Positions 50,876 to 63,800 of a DNA stretch of 64,000 nt are shown one piece after another. Source of the stretch: Anthoceros angustus (lineage: Eukaryota; Plantae; Anthocerotophyta); contig MU008155.1 in NCBI GenBank assembly GCA_010909165.1, positions 1,426,001 through 1,490,000 on the forward strand, given 5' to 3'. Within the stretch, counting starts at the first letter, position 1, and each line of letters begins with the position of its first letter. The position numbers and the translations under genes were made by a program. The notes under the pieces are model-generated. The model was not told the origin of the DNA, ran no database searches, and saw nothing but the letters and a program-made list of their open reading frames with translations.

Positions 50876-51026
50876 AGAGTATAATAGTATAAGCCTACCT
50901 GTTGGTCGAACAGAGATGAAAGTTTGCCATAGTGATTCGGGAGTCTCGTGAGGAAGGGCTCTCGCTCAACAAATCAAAGGTACGCCGGGAATAACAGGCT
51001 GATGACTTCCAAGAGCTCTTATCCAC
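50876..51026 (+). pseudogene. rrn26: Nuclear insertion of a mitochondrial-type 26S (LSU) rRNA fragment (NUMT), domain V
   Basis: CCATAGTGATTCGGGAGTCTCGTGAGGAAGGGCTCTCGCTCAACAAATCAAAGGTACGCCGGGAATAACAGGCTGATGACTTCCAAGAGCTCTTATC matches the recalled plant mitochondrial LSU peptidyl-transferase region. Differences are mostly C>T/G>A plus a short deletion. Confidence 0.8.
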
Positions 51027-51226
51027 TACAAATATAATAAACCTTCTAACGAGGGATTACGTTCTAATTGCACTGCACTCATTTAAGATTAATTTTTATT
51101 TAATAAATAATATTATTATAATATTTAAATATTAGGTGTATATTTTATATAATAAATATTTAAATCAAATATCTATATCCCACTTGATTTAAAAGATTGT
51201 GAAGGATTTTACAACTAGGAAGATAT

Positions 51227-51431
51227 CCTAACTATGAGATCTTACAACAACATTCCATCGTCTCCAACCTAACTATGAGATCGTACAAGAACATTCCATT
51301 ATCCGCAACCTAACTATGAGATCTTACAACAGCATTCCATCATCCTCAGCCTAACTATGAGGTCTTACAATAGCATTCCATGGTTCGCAACCTAACTATG
51401 AGGTCTTATAACAGCATTCCATCATCCGTAA
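51227..51431. repeat. 5 x 41-bp minisatellite CCTAACTATGAG(A/G)TCTTACAACAGCATTCCAT + ~9 variable nt
   Basis: Units start at 51227, 51268, 51309, 51350 and 51391. Confidence 0.92.
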
Positions 51432-51987
51432 GGTAATTGAAGGGCTTCACTCTAGGTAGAAATCATATATGACGTATGTGTGAACCATTCTATAACAAGA
51501 AAACCTTTTTGTTATACCACTGAATGAGGATTGGCCAAGTGCACCTCCGTACAGGAATCAAGTGGTATATTCTTCAAGATGCCTACGCGTTGCACGGGTT
51601 TCGCGCGAAAAAAAATGCCCCTTCCCCTTATCTCTTTGGTATGCCATACTTGGGGAGCGGCGGCAAAAATTAGGGAGGTTAGGGTCTAGTGTTGTCATCC
51701 CAGGTATGTACTCTGGAGGGGCCTCTGAGGAAGACTCAGATGGCACGACAACTTTTTGTTTCTCTTGCCAAGCTTTGCGCTTTGCGGGCTTTGGGAAGCG
51801 GCAGAAACAGCAACAGCCCTCTGCTTCCGCCAACGGATATGGCAGAGCGTGGGCAGGAGTGTGCACTAGGAGCGACGTACATACATATCGTCTGACGCGG
51901 ATCTCGAACCTCCAGTCTTCCGTACAGTCCATACTGTATACAATTTAAGCGGTTCTTTAGTATGTACATCGTCTCGTCTCTTTATGA

Positions 51988-53431
51988 TCAGAGGTCTCCA
52001 TCCCACAGTTCTTCAACCGTTTTGTAGGGACCGTCTGGGTGGACAAACATCTCTGCCAAGAACATCCTTTTCTGCTCCAAGCTCGCTATCTTCTCGAGAT
52101 CCTCGTCCGACAGAGTCCAGTCGAAGATGCCAGCGTTTTCAATCAGCCTGTGCTTCTTGACGGACTTGGGAATGACAGAGGCCCCACATGTCACAGCCCA
52201 CCGTAGAACCACCTGCTTAGTCCACAATTCCAACCAGGCAGCCGATCAGAAAGGCTGAGAAGCAGATCACACCAGTGTCACACCATTGCAATCGCGAATA
52301 GGTGTTTGAAATGCTGCCCACCTGAGCGGGAGTCTTGTGATGCTTTTCCGCCAGCTCCTTAATCACAGGGCTGTCGAGTGTAGACTTTCCGTACGCCTTT
52401 CCTAGTGCACCAAGAGGGGAATAGGCAGTGAGGTGAATCCCCTTTCTGTCGCAGTACTCCTTCAGCTTCCTCTGCTGCCAGTTGGTGTTGAGCTCAACCT
52501 TCATGTCAGCAACTGAGAGAGTCAGCAAGCTAGGAGCCCCCAGTGCAAGTTAGGATCCTTCAGTGTACATGCATGTACACGGAAATGGAAGGGGAGGCTG
52601 GCTAATGGAGGGTTGTAGACCTGGTTCACAGCCGGTACGATGCTGACGTGGGGAAGCAAGGTGTCGAGGACTTTCACACTGAAATTGGACACTCCGATGG
52701 ATTTGACCATCCCTTCCCGCTGAAAGCTCTCCAAGGCTCTCCAAGTCGGGAGCAGGTCATTGCCTGGGGCGAAGTCCTCTGCTTTCAGTGGAAACGAGGC
52801 CCCCTTTCTGAGCTTCAGTGGCCAATGCGGCAGGTACAGGTCCACATAATCCAGCTGAAGATTGCTGCCAAGCCAGTGAACAAATTGAGCAAACCACGGA
52901 CGACTGGTGTCCATCATAGACGGCAAAGAGCAAGCTTACATGTCACAAGCTTACGCAAGTGATTTGTTCAGTGCTACCCGAAGGTCCTCTGGCTCATAGT
53001 CCGTAAGATGAGCCTTCGTGGTCACGAAAACATCCTCCCGCTTCACAAGGCCCCTGCGAAAGGCCTCAGCTAAGCCTTGACCGATTGCTGTCTCAGTACC
53101 GTATATGGCAGCTGTGTCGATGTGCCTGTACCCAACCTTGAAATGCAAATACCCAGCTCTCACAGTCAGAGTGTAAGCTACTCCTGCATTGCTCCCTTGC
53201 AGGTTTGCAAACACAAACTGACTATTCGAAGAACCATTTGCGTCAAAGGAATATTTCCGGGTACCCAGTGGGCACCGGTTGGGTTCCAACCTCAATGGCA
53301 GATAAAATCCCCTGAGCCACAGCCTCCGTGTCCACGACTTCTCCATAGTCAGGACCCGTCCCTACTCCGATGGCTGGGATGACATGTCCGGAGTTGAGCT
53401 TGAAGCACAGGGGTGCTGAAGTTAAATCCAT
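51988..53431 (-). CDS. NADPH-dependent aldo-keto reductase (AKR4-like), multi-exon
   Basis: Motifs LNSGHVIPAIGVGT, GYRHIDTAAIYGTE, REDVFVTTK, LQLDYVDLYLPHWP, KSIGVSNFS, PAVNQVEL, AYSPLG, VIPKS, ELWDGDL*. The catalytic D/Y/K/H residues are present. Confidence 0.93.
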
Positions 53432-54009
53432 TCTTCCGCTGGCTCGAACCGCTGCTCAGTGCAAAATGTGGGAACGAGGGCCCTTTTCAGTGCAGACGAG
53501 ACCAGGTGGGCCATTCTCAGCCAGCTCTGCCACGAACAGGTCAAACAGGAGCTGTATATAGATCCCGGGGACTGAACAATAGTCACCAGGATAATTTTAC
53601 CCTGCCTCAACAAGGAAAGACGTATTACCCCTGCTTGCAACATGTCTGTATGACTTGCCCTGTTTCTCTAGTGGGAACCTGCTCCATTGATACCAAACAG
53701 TGACGCGCCTCTCGGGGGAGTCGAAGAACTGCCCCAGATTTACCCCTACCCCTGCTTCTAAGCAAGAGCGATCAAACTACCACAGTCTAGGATGTGGCAT
53801 CCTAATAGCTACCACAAAGCTGCAACCGACACTCAAAAACCAAAAACAAAACACAACACAGGGGCACACATCTAGGGGGTGCCCCCAAGGTGCCCGCTAT
53901 GGCCAAGCCACCCCTAACCTACTGCCCTATCCGTGTGACTTGCCCTGTTGCTACATCTGGATAGCTTGCACACGCCCGTCAGGGTATTGACCTGCTAGCA
54001 TCAGCATCT

Positions 54010-54397
54010 CCCAAGGTGTGCATCGTGAGAGACCGAGTCACCATCCAGATCCCCTGTGACAAGACTGTCTGGCATATCATTGTATCCATATCACCAACCG
54101 TCACTGCAGGAGCCTGCAGAGGATCACCGTCCTCCACCCAAGAGCACGAGACGTCCTGGGCTGGGTTCCCATGAACCCGAACCCGAAACTGGAGCGCCAA
54201 CCCCAAGGTGTGCATCGTGAGAGACCGAGTCACCATCCAGATCCCCTGTGACAAGACTGTCTGGCATATCATTGTATCCATATCACCAACCGTCACTGCA
54301 GGAGCCTGCAGAGGATCACCGTCCTCCACCCAAGAGCACGAGACGTGCTGGGCTGAGTTCCCATGAACCCGAACCCGAAACTGGAGCGCCAACCCCA
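54010..54397. repeat. 2 x 192-bp near-identical tandem duplication
   Basis: CCCAAGGTGTGCATCGTGAGAGACC... starts at 54010 and 54202. The repeat is visible in ORF 53979..54398. Confidence 0.92.
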
Positions 54398-55425
54398 TGA
54401 GACCCAGGAATATGGCCCATACTTGGCCGCCATTAGTACCGGCACTCCACGGTCATAGACCGGAAGAGCCTGTAGCTCCAACGGAGCGTGCAAGTCGAGT
54501 TTGGGGGACCAGAACGGGAGACAGCGGATTCAAGCAGCGCCAGTAATGCAAAGGGGTCCACGGCCTCAGGATGCTTCTCCTGCTAGCAAAACGAGCGCAG
54601 TGGTACAGCCGCGTCAAGCGCTCACAAACGTGTATTAGCTTGCCCCGACAACAGCCCAAAATGACTTGGAAATCACCCCAACAGAATCGCCTCCACGATA
54701 CGAACTGGATGACGTAACGATATGCAAGAATTGAGGGTTTTGGAGAACGCCATCTATGCTAGAAGCATCAAGGAAGCATGGCCGTTCTCAGCCAATATCT
54801 TGATTGATACAATCCCGAACGCCCAAACAATACACCAAAAGAATTGCCTCTGCGCGACCAACAGATTGGTATACAGCCGTGACAAGACTGGAGAAAGATA
54901 TCACCCATAAAAGCCCGGAAATGGTCAAACACATTTCAGCGACTTTATCCACAAAAACAGCTCCGACTCGCGACACAAACACAAGAACGGAATCCTGTGA
55001 ACAGGAGGAACAGCTTTGTATTTACCTCTGGCTGATCTGACATCACTACAGAGCTCTGGAAAACTCACTTGATTCAACCCATAATTCAACCCCGGATGGC
55101 TGAAGCTGATATCCAGACCCAGAAGCTGACCCGTGACAAGAGCTGGAGAGCACTCCTTGTAATGCTTGATAATTTCCAAGCAAAAGATTCCATGCCAGTG
55201 GCAATATGCACAAACAGCGGCCCATCGTTGGAACCATGCCATCGTACGAACCTTTGTGGCCAAGCTTTCGGAAACCTAATGTGCGCCTTCCAGTTCACCA
55301 CATTCTCCATACATGCCCACCGGGCACTTGCCCAACAATACATTATCCAGGAGTCCTCATTCAACAACGTGGAAGAGCAACTCCCTGCCCTTTAGAAGGC
55401 AGGCAAAAGTAACATGATCATCCAC

Positions 55426-55545
55426 AGTGAGGCATAAAGTGCATACGAATCTGCGTAAAGAGAGTGTTTTGTGATTAAGGGTACTAGTGAGGCATAAAGT
55501 GCATACGAATCTGCGTAAAGAGAGTGTTTTGTGATTAAGGGTACT
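55426..55545. repeat. 2 x 60-bp tandem repeat
   Basis: AGTGAGGCATAAAGTGCATACGAATCTGCG...GGGTACT at 55426 and 55486. It may lie inside the Copia 3' LTR. Confidence 0.9.
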
Positions 55546-55959
55546 GGTACATTTATACACGTATTGGTGGTTATGGCGTATGCGGTAATAGCTGCTGGTG
55601 AATAGCGATTAAGCTTATTAAGCGATCTTAATTTACGTAATTGCCACATGTGAAGCGTGCCTAAGCAGTCACGCCCTTGTGGCCGGGCGCATGGTGCGAA
55701 CACTCCCCTCGCCTTGAGCTGGGTGCAACGATTCGTAGTGATGTCAAGATGGCTTCGATGTCGCTACCTAGCTTGGTTTGAGCGACCTATCATCAATCGG
55801 TGGCTTCTTCAACTTGTCTTGCCGTCGCCGATGCCATTGGTGGCCAGTGGCCATGATTGTGATTTGGTATAAAGGTCGAATCTTTGAAGAGCTCTTCTCT
55901 CAAGAAACGCGGGCAGAAACTTGATGTGCTCTCAGTGGCCTTTCCCTGGAGCTGGAAGA

Positions 55960-57890
55960 TTCGCTCCCCCTCCATGATAAGTTTCCCTTGCTATCAACCC
56001 GATTGCTTGAACATGTCGCTCATGTAGTGTCTTCGATAGTCCCTTTGTGAGAAGATCTGCGTGTTCTCCTCCGTGGCGACATAGGCGAGGGTGACCCGCT
56101 TGTTGCTCACTACTTGCGGATGAAATGGTGTCAGATTCCACGCGTTTCGGCCCGAGCGTGCGTAATCGGATTTAGAGTCATGGCGATCGATTGGTTGTCG
56201 ACTTGAGCTCATTGGGCGATGTTGCTCTTCATTAATGTCCTTGAAATTGGCGTATCGGAGGATTTCCGCCAATGAAGTTGCTGCGACTCGCCGGTGGATG
56301 AGAGGCACACTGCCGCCATCTTCTTGCACGCCTGTGAGATCGTTGAGTCGTTGATCATGGTGCAATAAGTCGCTGTAGATCTTCGCATCGGGATCTCAGT
56401 GATCTGCGTCGAAAACATGTAAGTACAAGTTTGCTACTCATCGGCCGGTATGAGAGGCCGAGGATCTGGTTCCTTTTAAGTACCTAAGTATTCGCTTTAA
56501 CGATGTCCAAAGTGGGCTTTTCAGGATTGGAAAGATACCTAGATGCTATATTGATACCGATATATCCGACGTGTCCGATTGCTTGAACATGTCGCTCATG
56601 TAGTGTCTTGATAGTCCTTTGTGAGAAGATGCTTGTGTTCTCCTCAGTGGCGACATGGGTGACTGCTTGTTGCTCACTACTTGGGATGAAATGGTCTTTG
56701 TATCTCCACGTGCTTCGTCCGGCGTGCGAGCTGGATTTAGAGTCATGGCGATCGGATTGGTTGTCGCCTTGAGCTCATTGGTGATGTTGCTCTTCATTAA
56801 TGTCCTTGAAATTGGCGTATCGGAGGATTTCCGCCAATGAAGTTCTGCGTACTCGCGGTGGATGAGAGGCACACTGCCGCCATCTTCTTGCCACCAGAGG
56901 TACATTGATCATGGTGCAATAAGCTGCTGTAGATCTTCTGGCATCGGGATCTCCAGCCCAGTCTGCGTCTGAAAAACATGTAAGTACAAGTTTGCTACTC
57001 TTGTCTGACCGGTATGAGAGGCCGAGGGATCTGGTTCCTTTTAAGTACCTAAGTATTCGTTTAACGCATGTCCAGTGGGCTTTTCCAGGATTGGAAAGAT
57101 ACCTAGATGCTATATTGACAGCCTGGGATATATCTGGACGTGTCCAGATTGCTAGGTATAGAAGGCTGCCTACGGCTTCACTATAGGGTACTTGCTTCAT
57201 TTCTTCTATTTCTGCAGGTGTAGTAGGGGAATCTTCTGCTGACACCTTTTCACCTGCGGCTATGGGTGTGGTGACAGGTCTGGCATCTTTAAGGTTAAAC
57301 CTATCCAGCAACTGGTCTACGTAATGTTGCTGGTGAATATTGAAGGAATGTTCTGTTGCACTTCTCTCAAACTGGACACCTAGGGCGAACTTGAGAAGGC
57401 CTATGTCTACAATCTCGCATTTTGGCAAGTAAATCTTTACGTCGAATGATTTGAGGGAATCAAAATGAAGTTGTCGTCAACATACAAGGTAAGTAAAGCA
57501 AAATTCTTTTCCTGTCTGAGGAGGTACACACTTGGGTCTGCGACTAAAGGTAGGAAACCAGATTTCTTTAGGAACAAGTCCACTGTCTCGTTCCATACCT
57601 GAGCGGACTATTTTAGTCCGTAGAGGGACTTCAGTAGCTGTGGAAGACCACATGTGCACTAACCCCGCTCTCAAGTGTCAGGGTGAACGATTTTTTTTGT
57701 TTTGGGTGTGTTAGAATAGCAGAGTGCTTTAAGAATCGTCTGAGTCAGGTCTTTTATACGGAATGGTCCTTGGCCCTTGGAGATAATAATAATTTTTCGA
57801 CCCTTAGGTTTGACCCGGAGGGTGGGGTAGAAATAGAGTCCTTGGGTATTGGGAATTTTAGAATAAAAGGTGTCTATATATGCTAGGGAT
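55960..57890 (-). mobile_element. Decayed Ty1/Copia LTR retrotransposon (RT C-terminus + RNase H, duplicated RNase H segment, PPT-like GGAGGGGGAG near 55964-55973)
   Basis: ORF 56775..57428 reads DIGLLKFALGVQF..IHQQHYVDQLLDRF, PYSEAVGSLLYLAIWTRPDISQAV...SRYLSNPGKAHW..VKRILRYLKGT, FSDADWAGD...RRST, ending in ADLLTKGL. It is frameshifted. Confidence 0.9.
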
Positions 57891-57899
57891 GCTCACAAT

Positions 57900-60800
57900 A
57901 TGCCACAGCTTGTGTAGTCAAGGGTGGTGGCTAGTTCCACCACGGTGGCCGAGAAACGGACGCATGCACTGTGGGAATTTACAACCCTAGTGGCGGAGCG
58001 GACTACCACCGGAGCGCAATCGGGAGAAGGGCACACCCAAGACCGCGAGGTCGCGACTTTCCGTGAGGGGCAATGGAGCGGAGCCAAGAAGAGGGGCGCG
58101 ACGATCGTGACAAAGGGCGGCGCGAGGAGAGAAATCGGGCGCCGCAAGTTCGCGAGGAGGCGTGGAAGGAGCGCGAGGGCGGCTCGATTTTTTTTTCTCT
58201 TCCGACCGTAACTGCAGGTAGTCGAGGTTTTGTTTTGGGAAACAACGAGAAGGAGATGGCGCCCGAGCCGCGTCAAAATTTCACGCAGCGGGCCCAACAT
58301 GGACCATCGGAAAGTGAGAGCCGGCACCGTGCGTGAGCCTCAAGTTCATGGAGAAGAAATGGTGCTACGATGCCGCATTGGTGCAAGAGTGCGCCGCAAT
58401 TAAGGACCAAGTCGCAAGAGGGTGACGCGAGGAAAAGGCCGCAGAATGGATTTGGCCCTCTTCGAGCAGCAGTAGGGCGAGAAGCATCGAGGATGGGAGC
58501 TTGGTGATTGACCCCAGTGAAAGAAGACCTTGAAAGCCGCAGCGCGCCATGAAGCCCGGGAAGTGAGAGTGAACAATGGGTGGGTGACTCGCCAACTCGT
58601 GGTTCACCGTGGGATTGGCCAAATGGATTTTGTGTTTCTGTAACCTAAGTGGATCATATGGCGGATCACTTCTTGGTTTTCTTCACGAGGTGGTCAAGGG
58701 TACACAAATTGATTGGGGAGGATGATTTTCGAAAGAGCCTGTGAGGAGAAGGCGAATTTACTCTTCTTCCTCGGCCCTCCTTGATTTCGCCTTTTCCGAT
58801 TCATGTATTTGCGCATTCCGGTGTTTAACTGAGTTGAAGTCGGTCCGCCCGCATGGTTGGAAGCCGGCCAGGAACCCAAGGTAGAAGAGGAGGAATTGAA
58901 GGAGGATTCGCAAGGATTCCAGCTTGGGAGTGCGCTCGGAAGGTTCTAAGAGGGTGGGGAAGTTTCCAAGGGTAAGAAGCGAAGGGGCGCAACGGCCGAA
59001 CGGGGTCAAAAGGAGGAGCCGCACAGGAGGAACCCACAGCCACACCTGTGGTCACCAGTCGAAGGCAGCGAGCAGGTAAGGAGGAGAAAATAAAAGGGAA
59101 ATGGCAAGTTGCTCCCTCCTGTGCAGGGGATGAATGCTAGGGAGAATGAAGCGGGAAGAGGCAAGGCATCAACCCCTAGGAGAGGAGGGTTAACTTCAGC
59201 CGAGACCGCAACGAGCTCGGACATTTTGGCGACATTTCACCGAACCGTCCTACCGAGGATAGGAGACACCGCCGACACGAGAATTGTTGTGGAGGCGGAT
59301 GGGCAAGGGACAGCCCAATTTGGGGATTTGGCCCTCTTCGAGGCGGTGTATGGGCGAGAAGCATCGGAGGATGGGAGCTTGGTGATTGACCCCAGTGAAG
59401 AAGACCTTGAAAGGCTGCTGACGCTCATGAAGCTGGGAAGTGAGAGTGAACAATGGGTGACTCGCCAACTCGTGTCTGCTGGTGGGGATTGGCCAAATGG
59501 ATTTTGTGTTTCCTCTGAGCCGGAAGGCTGGATCATATGGCGGATCACTTCTTGGTTTTCTTCACGAGGTGGTCAAGGGTACACAAATTGATTGGGGAGG
59601 ATGATTTTCGAAAGAGCCTGTGAGGAGAAGGCGGTACTCTCTTCTTCCCTCCTTGATTTCGCCTTTTCGATTCATGTATTTGCGCATTCGGTGTTTAACG
59701 AGTTGGAAGGCGTTCCTGCATGGTTGGAAGCCGGTCGGGGAACTCAAGGTAGAAGAGGAGGAATTGAAGGAGGATTCGGGCAAGGATTCCAGTGATTGGG
59801 GAGTGCGCTTCCTGGAAGGTTCGGAAGAGGTGGGGAAGTTTCCAAGGGTAAGAAGCGAAGGCGGCGGTCGAGCAGGGGTCGGCGAAAAGGGCGAGGAGGA
59901 ACCCACAGCCACACCTGTGGTCACCAGTCGAAGGCAGCGGCGAGAGCAGGTAAAGGAGGAAAATAAAGAAATGGCAAGTTGCTCCCCTCCAGTGCAGGAT
60001 GAATCGCTGCCGCTAGAGAATGAAGCGGGGAAGAGGCGAGACCAACCCCTAGGAGAGGAGGGTTAACTTGTGGCCGAGACCGCAGACTCGGACATTTTGG
60101 CGACATTTCACCGAACCGTCCGGTGAGGTGGGGATAGGAGACACCGCGCACGAGGTTGTGGAGGCGGATGGGCAAGGGACAGCCAATTTGGGGATTTGCG
60201 AGGTTTGACTTGGCCATGGCAGGCAGCGGATCTCCTCGATCAAGCGACCATGGCTCTCACCGGCCGAGTGTGCAAGGCCAACAGGAGAAGTTGCTCAAGG
60301 AGAAGTTGGAAAGCCTGAAGGCGAGAGCAAGGCGGCCGAGGAGCGCAGACGGAGTGCGGTTATGCAAGGCACAGGAGGCGGTTAAGGCACATGTCCACTC
60401 AGAAGCTTTAGTAAATCAGTCAAGGGGCGATGCTACAATTGAAGAGCTTCAAGATGAGAGGTCTCATGAGTCCGGGAGCGTGGAAGCGATGGCGCCTTGG
60501 AGAAATTCAAGAAGTCTGAGAGGTACAAGCGGAAAGAGACGGCTAGGGCCGAGTCAAGAGAGAGGTGGCCAAACCAAGAAAGGCCGAGCAACCACAGGAG
60601 CCAAACAACCACCGTGGAAGTAACCACCACGGTGGCTAAACCAGCCACCGCCGTGGAACGGGAACCGAGGTGGGGAAGTCACCGGAGTGTCGCAGATGGA
60701 GGATGATCCGAGAATCAACAGCAGCCGCCTGTGATTGTCCACGGAGGAGAGGTAAGGACCTCAGAGGGGCGACAGTTACTGGCCCGGATGAGGATGCTCA

Positions 60801-63800
60801 TGTCCTCGCCGCTCGCATGGTGAGCGGTGCTCACTCTAAACGTGTATGTGGTTGTTGGGACAGGAGGGGCGTAAACCACCGGTCACATCTTGACCGCCAC
60901 AGGCGTTTACGATGGTTCCTTCGAGTAGGAGCGGGCGCCTATCCTCCGCAAGTGGTGCCGGAAGAGATGAGCGAGGCGCAGCGAGCATGGAGGGAGGAGC
61001 ATTAGTATGGTTGTCCAAATGAGGAGGAGCGGACAATGGACATAGAGGCACAGCGCGCAACGTCCGCGGGAAGGCGCGAGGGAAATTCAAGAAGGCGCGA
61101 GGCGAGGTGGGGAAGTCACCGGAGTGTCGCAGATGGAGGGAGATCCCTGGAGAATCAGCAGCCGGCCCGATTGTCCACGGAGGAGAGGTAAGGACCTCAT
61201 GAAGGGCGTATTGTGCCGGCGTCCGGATGAGGATGCTCATGTCCACAGCCACACGCATGGTGGCGGTGCTCACTCTAAGCGTGTATGTGGTTGTTGGGAC
61301 GGAGGGGCGAAACTACCTGTACATCTTGACCGCCACAGGCGTTTACGATGGTTCCTTCGAGTAGGGCGGGCGCCTATCCTCCAAGTGGTCTTTGGAAGAG
61401 ATGAGCGAGGCGCGAGGCGAGCATGGAGGGAGGAGCACGGTATGGTTGTCCAGGGAGGCGGGACAATGGACATAGAGGCAAGCGTCCGCGGGAAGGCGCG
61501 AGGGAAATTCGGCGGTGAGGTGAGGTGGAGGTTGTGGGGAAAATCGCTGGATCAGGCGAGGTCAAGAGCGAGAGGGGTCCCCATGGGCCGAGGCGAGGCA
61601 AAGAATCGCGGAGGCGGCAGCGCTGATTTTAGGGAGTCGCGATAGCCTAGGACCGGGTTTTTCGCGAGAGGATAGGGAGTTCCATCACCAGAGTCATGTT
61701 GCTTAGATTGGTAAGGCGCCGTGGTAGGAGCTACAATTTTAGACACTAAGAGAAGTGAGCCGTGGACCACACCGATGTATAAGAGACCCTTTGGGTGTCT
61801 CTCAAGGCGACGATTTCGTGTGAACTTCCGTGTATCGAACCGCCGAGTGGGGTTGATTGGAGACGGTCAAGATCAAACGGGTTCGCGCACCGCCTCGTCA
61901 CAAGAAGGCCGGAAGATCTCGGATGGTCGAGAGCGGAGTGGCCAAGCTCCACGCCTGGGTAACGGAAGAAGCGCCACGAAAAGAGGTAGGATTGCCGCGA
62001 CGGCCGAGGCGAATCCGGAAGGCGAATCGCCCAAGCACCGATCCTTCCGATCCTCTTTCCAACCGCCACTGTGTGTTCATTCCATGAGGAGGGGTCTGGC
62101 CCAAGGAGGGGTCTGTGGCCCAAGGGAAAAGGGGTCTGTGGCCCGTGAGACGAGGGAAGAGTTCATTGGGAAGGGAAAGGTTCCGGAGTAGTTGTGCTGA
62201 GGGATTGTGAGAGTGTGTGAGGGAAAATCGGAAGCGTGAGGAGGAGGAAGTGTGGTAATCGCAGAAATTCGAAGTAAGGTGAGGCGATATAGGTATCCGT
62301 CCATAGCCCCTAGGTCCGTGTTAGAGAAGCCGGTGACGAATAGACTCGCGAAGGCGGCGTGTGGTGGGACCCGCCAGGCCGAACTGCCACCGCGGCCGAG
62401 TCTACCACTGGTGGGTTTGGGTAGTTGGAGAAGGTAGTGAGCGGCAGGTAGGTCTAGAATCCATAGATTTAGCACACCTTGACACAACACCATTCCCTTG
62501 GGATCGAATCCTAGGACTATAACGACATAGAGGGTAAATGTGGCCTCTTTGCGTCTTGGATGCAAAACCCATTCCACATTTTGGCCGCTGGGAATGAAAC
62601 ATCAAGGTTATAGGGGACTAACCATAGCTTAGGTGTCTAGTTTTGGAGTGTATCTAGTTAGGTAGATGGATGCCACGGTTGAGTCGAGGGTTCGAGTCAA
62701 GTCGGGACGGAAGGCCACACGAGAAGCGACAACGCCAAGCAATCGGAAAGGTTAAAAGGGTTGCAAAACCGCGAGTTGAGGAGGTCCAGGAAGACGCACC
62801 TGGAAGGAGAAGGAGGTAAGGAAGCAACTGTGACGGGGTCCGATCTTGTTGGAGCAAGATCCCCAACCTCGGACTTGGACGAGGTACCACCGCCAAGGAA
62901 CCTCGGACCAATTCCATCCACTGACCTCTCTTCCAAAAGTGTGCAGACTGTTGGAGATCAATCGACTCCGCAGAACCGTTGTTGGACCAACCACCGCCGA
63001 ATCAGAACGATGACCACCACCACGCCGTGGTGGTCACCACCAAGCAACCTTATCCAGTATGGAGAGGGAAGGGTATGAAGACCGATGAATTTGTTGAGCG
63101 TTTTGAGCACCATTTGCAAAACCAGAAGCGGAGATGCACAAGATTCAGATTGTTCTATGGAGTTCTTGGGGTCCAAAAGTGGTATAGGCGCTACCTCAAG
63201 TCACCACACCTCCAAAGAACCTATGAAGAATTAAAACCGCCTGTGAAAGGTTCGGGGCTTGACGTGGAGGGATACGTGTTGTCCAAGCTTGAAAAGCAGA
63301 GGAAAGAAGGAAACCTTGCAGCGTATGTGGAGAGGTTTCACCACGCGATCAAGTGGCCCTCACTCGAGTTGCACACGGTGGTTCGCTAAAGGCCTGGGTT
63401 CTAAGATGGGGAGACACGTAAGGTTACAAGCGGAGAAGAATTTGGGCAAGGCTATCAAGGCGCTAAACTATGAGGAATCCAACCCGCAAGGGAGGAGGAA
63501 GGCTAAGAAGGAGAAGAAGAAGCCCAGATCGGAAAAAGAAGGATTCCTCATCCTCCTAAGGAAGTTCATCGTGAAGAAAGCTCCACGAAGATTCCATGAA
63601 AGTTCCTGAGGAGGAAACGAGTGATGCTCGGAGGAAGGCCATCGATGAGGAGCGCCAAATGGAAAAAGAAAATGAAGGGTCGTGCACGGACAACAAGGAG
63701 CGGGCAAGGGCAAAACAGAGGCGATGTACGCAAAAAGGACGCGAAGCGAGGAGGGAGGCCGAGGTAGCCAAGAAAGTAGAACAACAGGGAACAAGATGGA

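Noticed and set aside
51227-51431. CRISPR-like array
   Set aside because: Eukaryotic context, variable parts are only ~9 nt and related to each other, and there are no cas genes.
54450-55400. Cluster of 60-112 aa ORFs
   Set aside because: No recognisable motif or consistent splice pattern.
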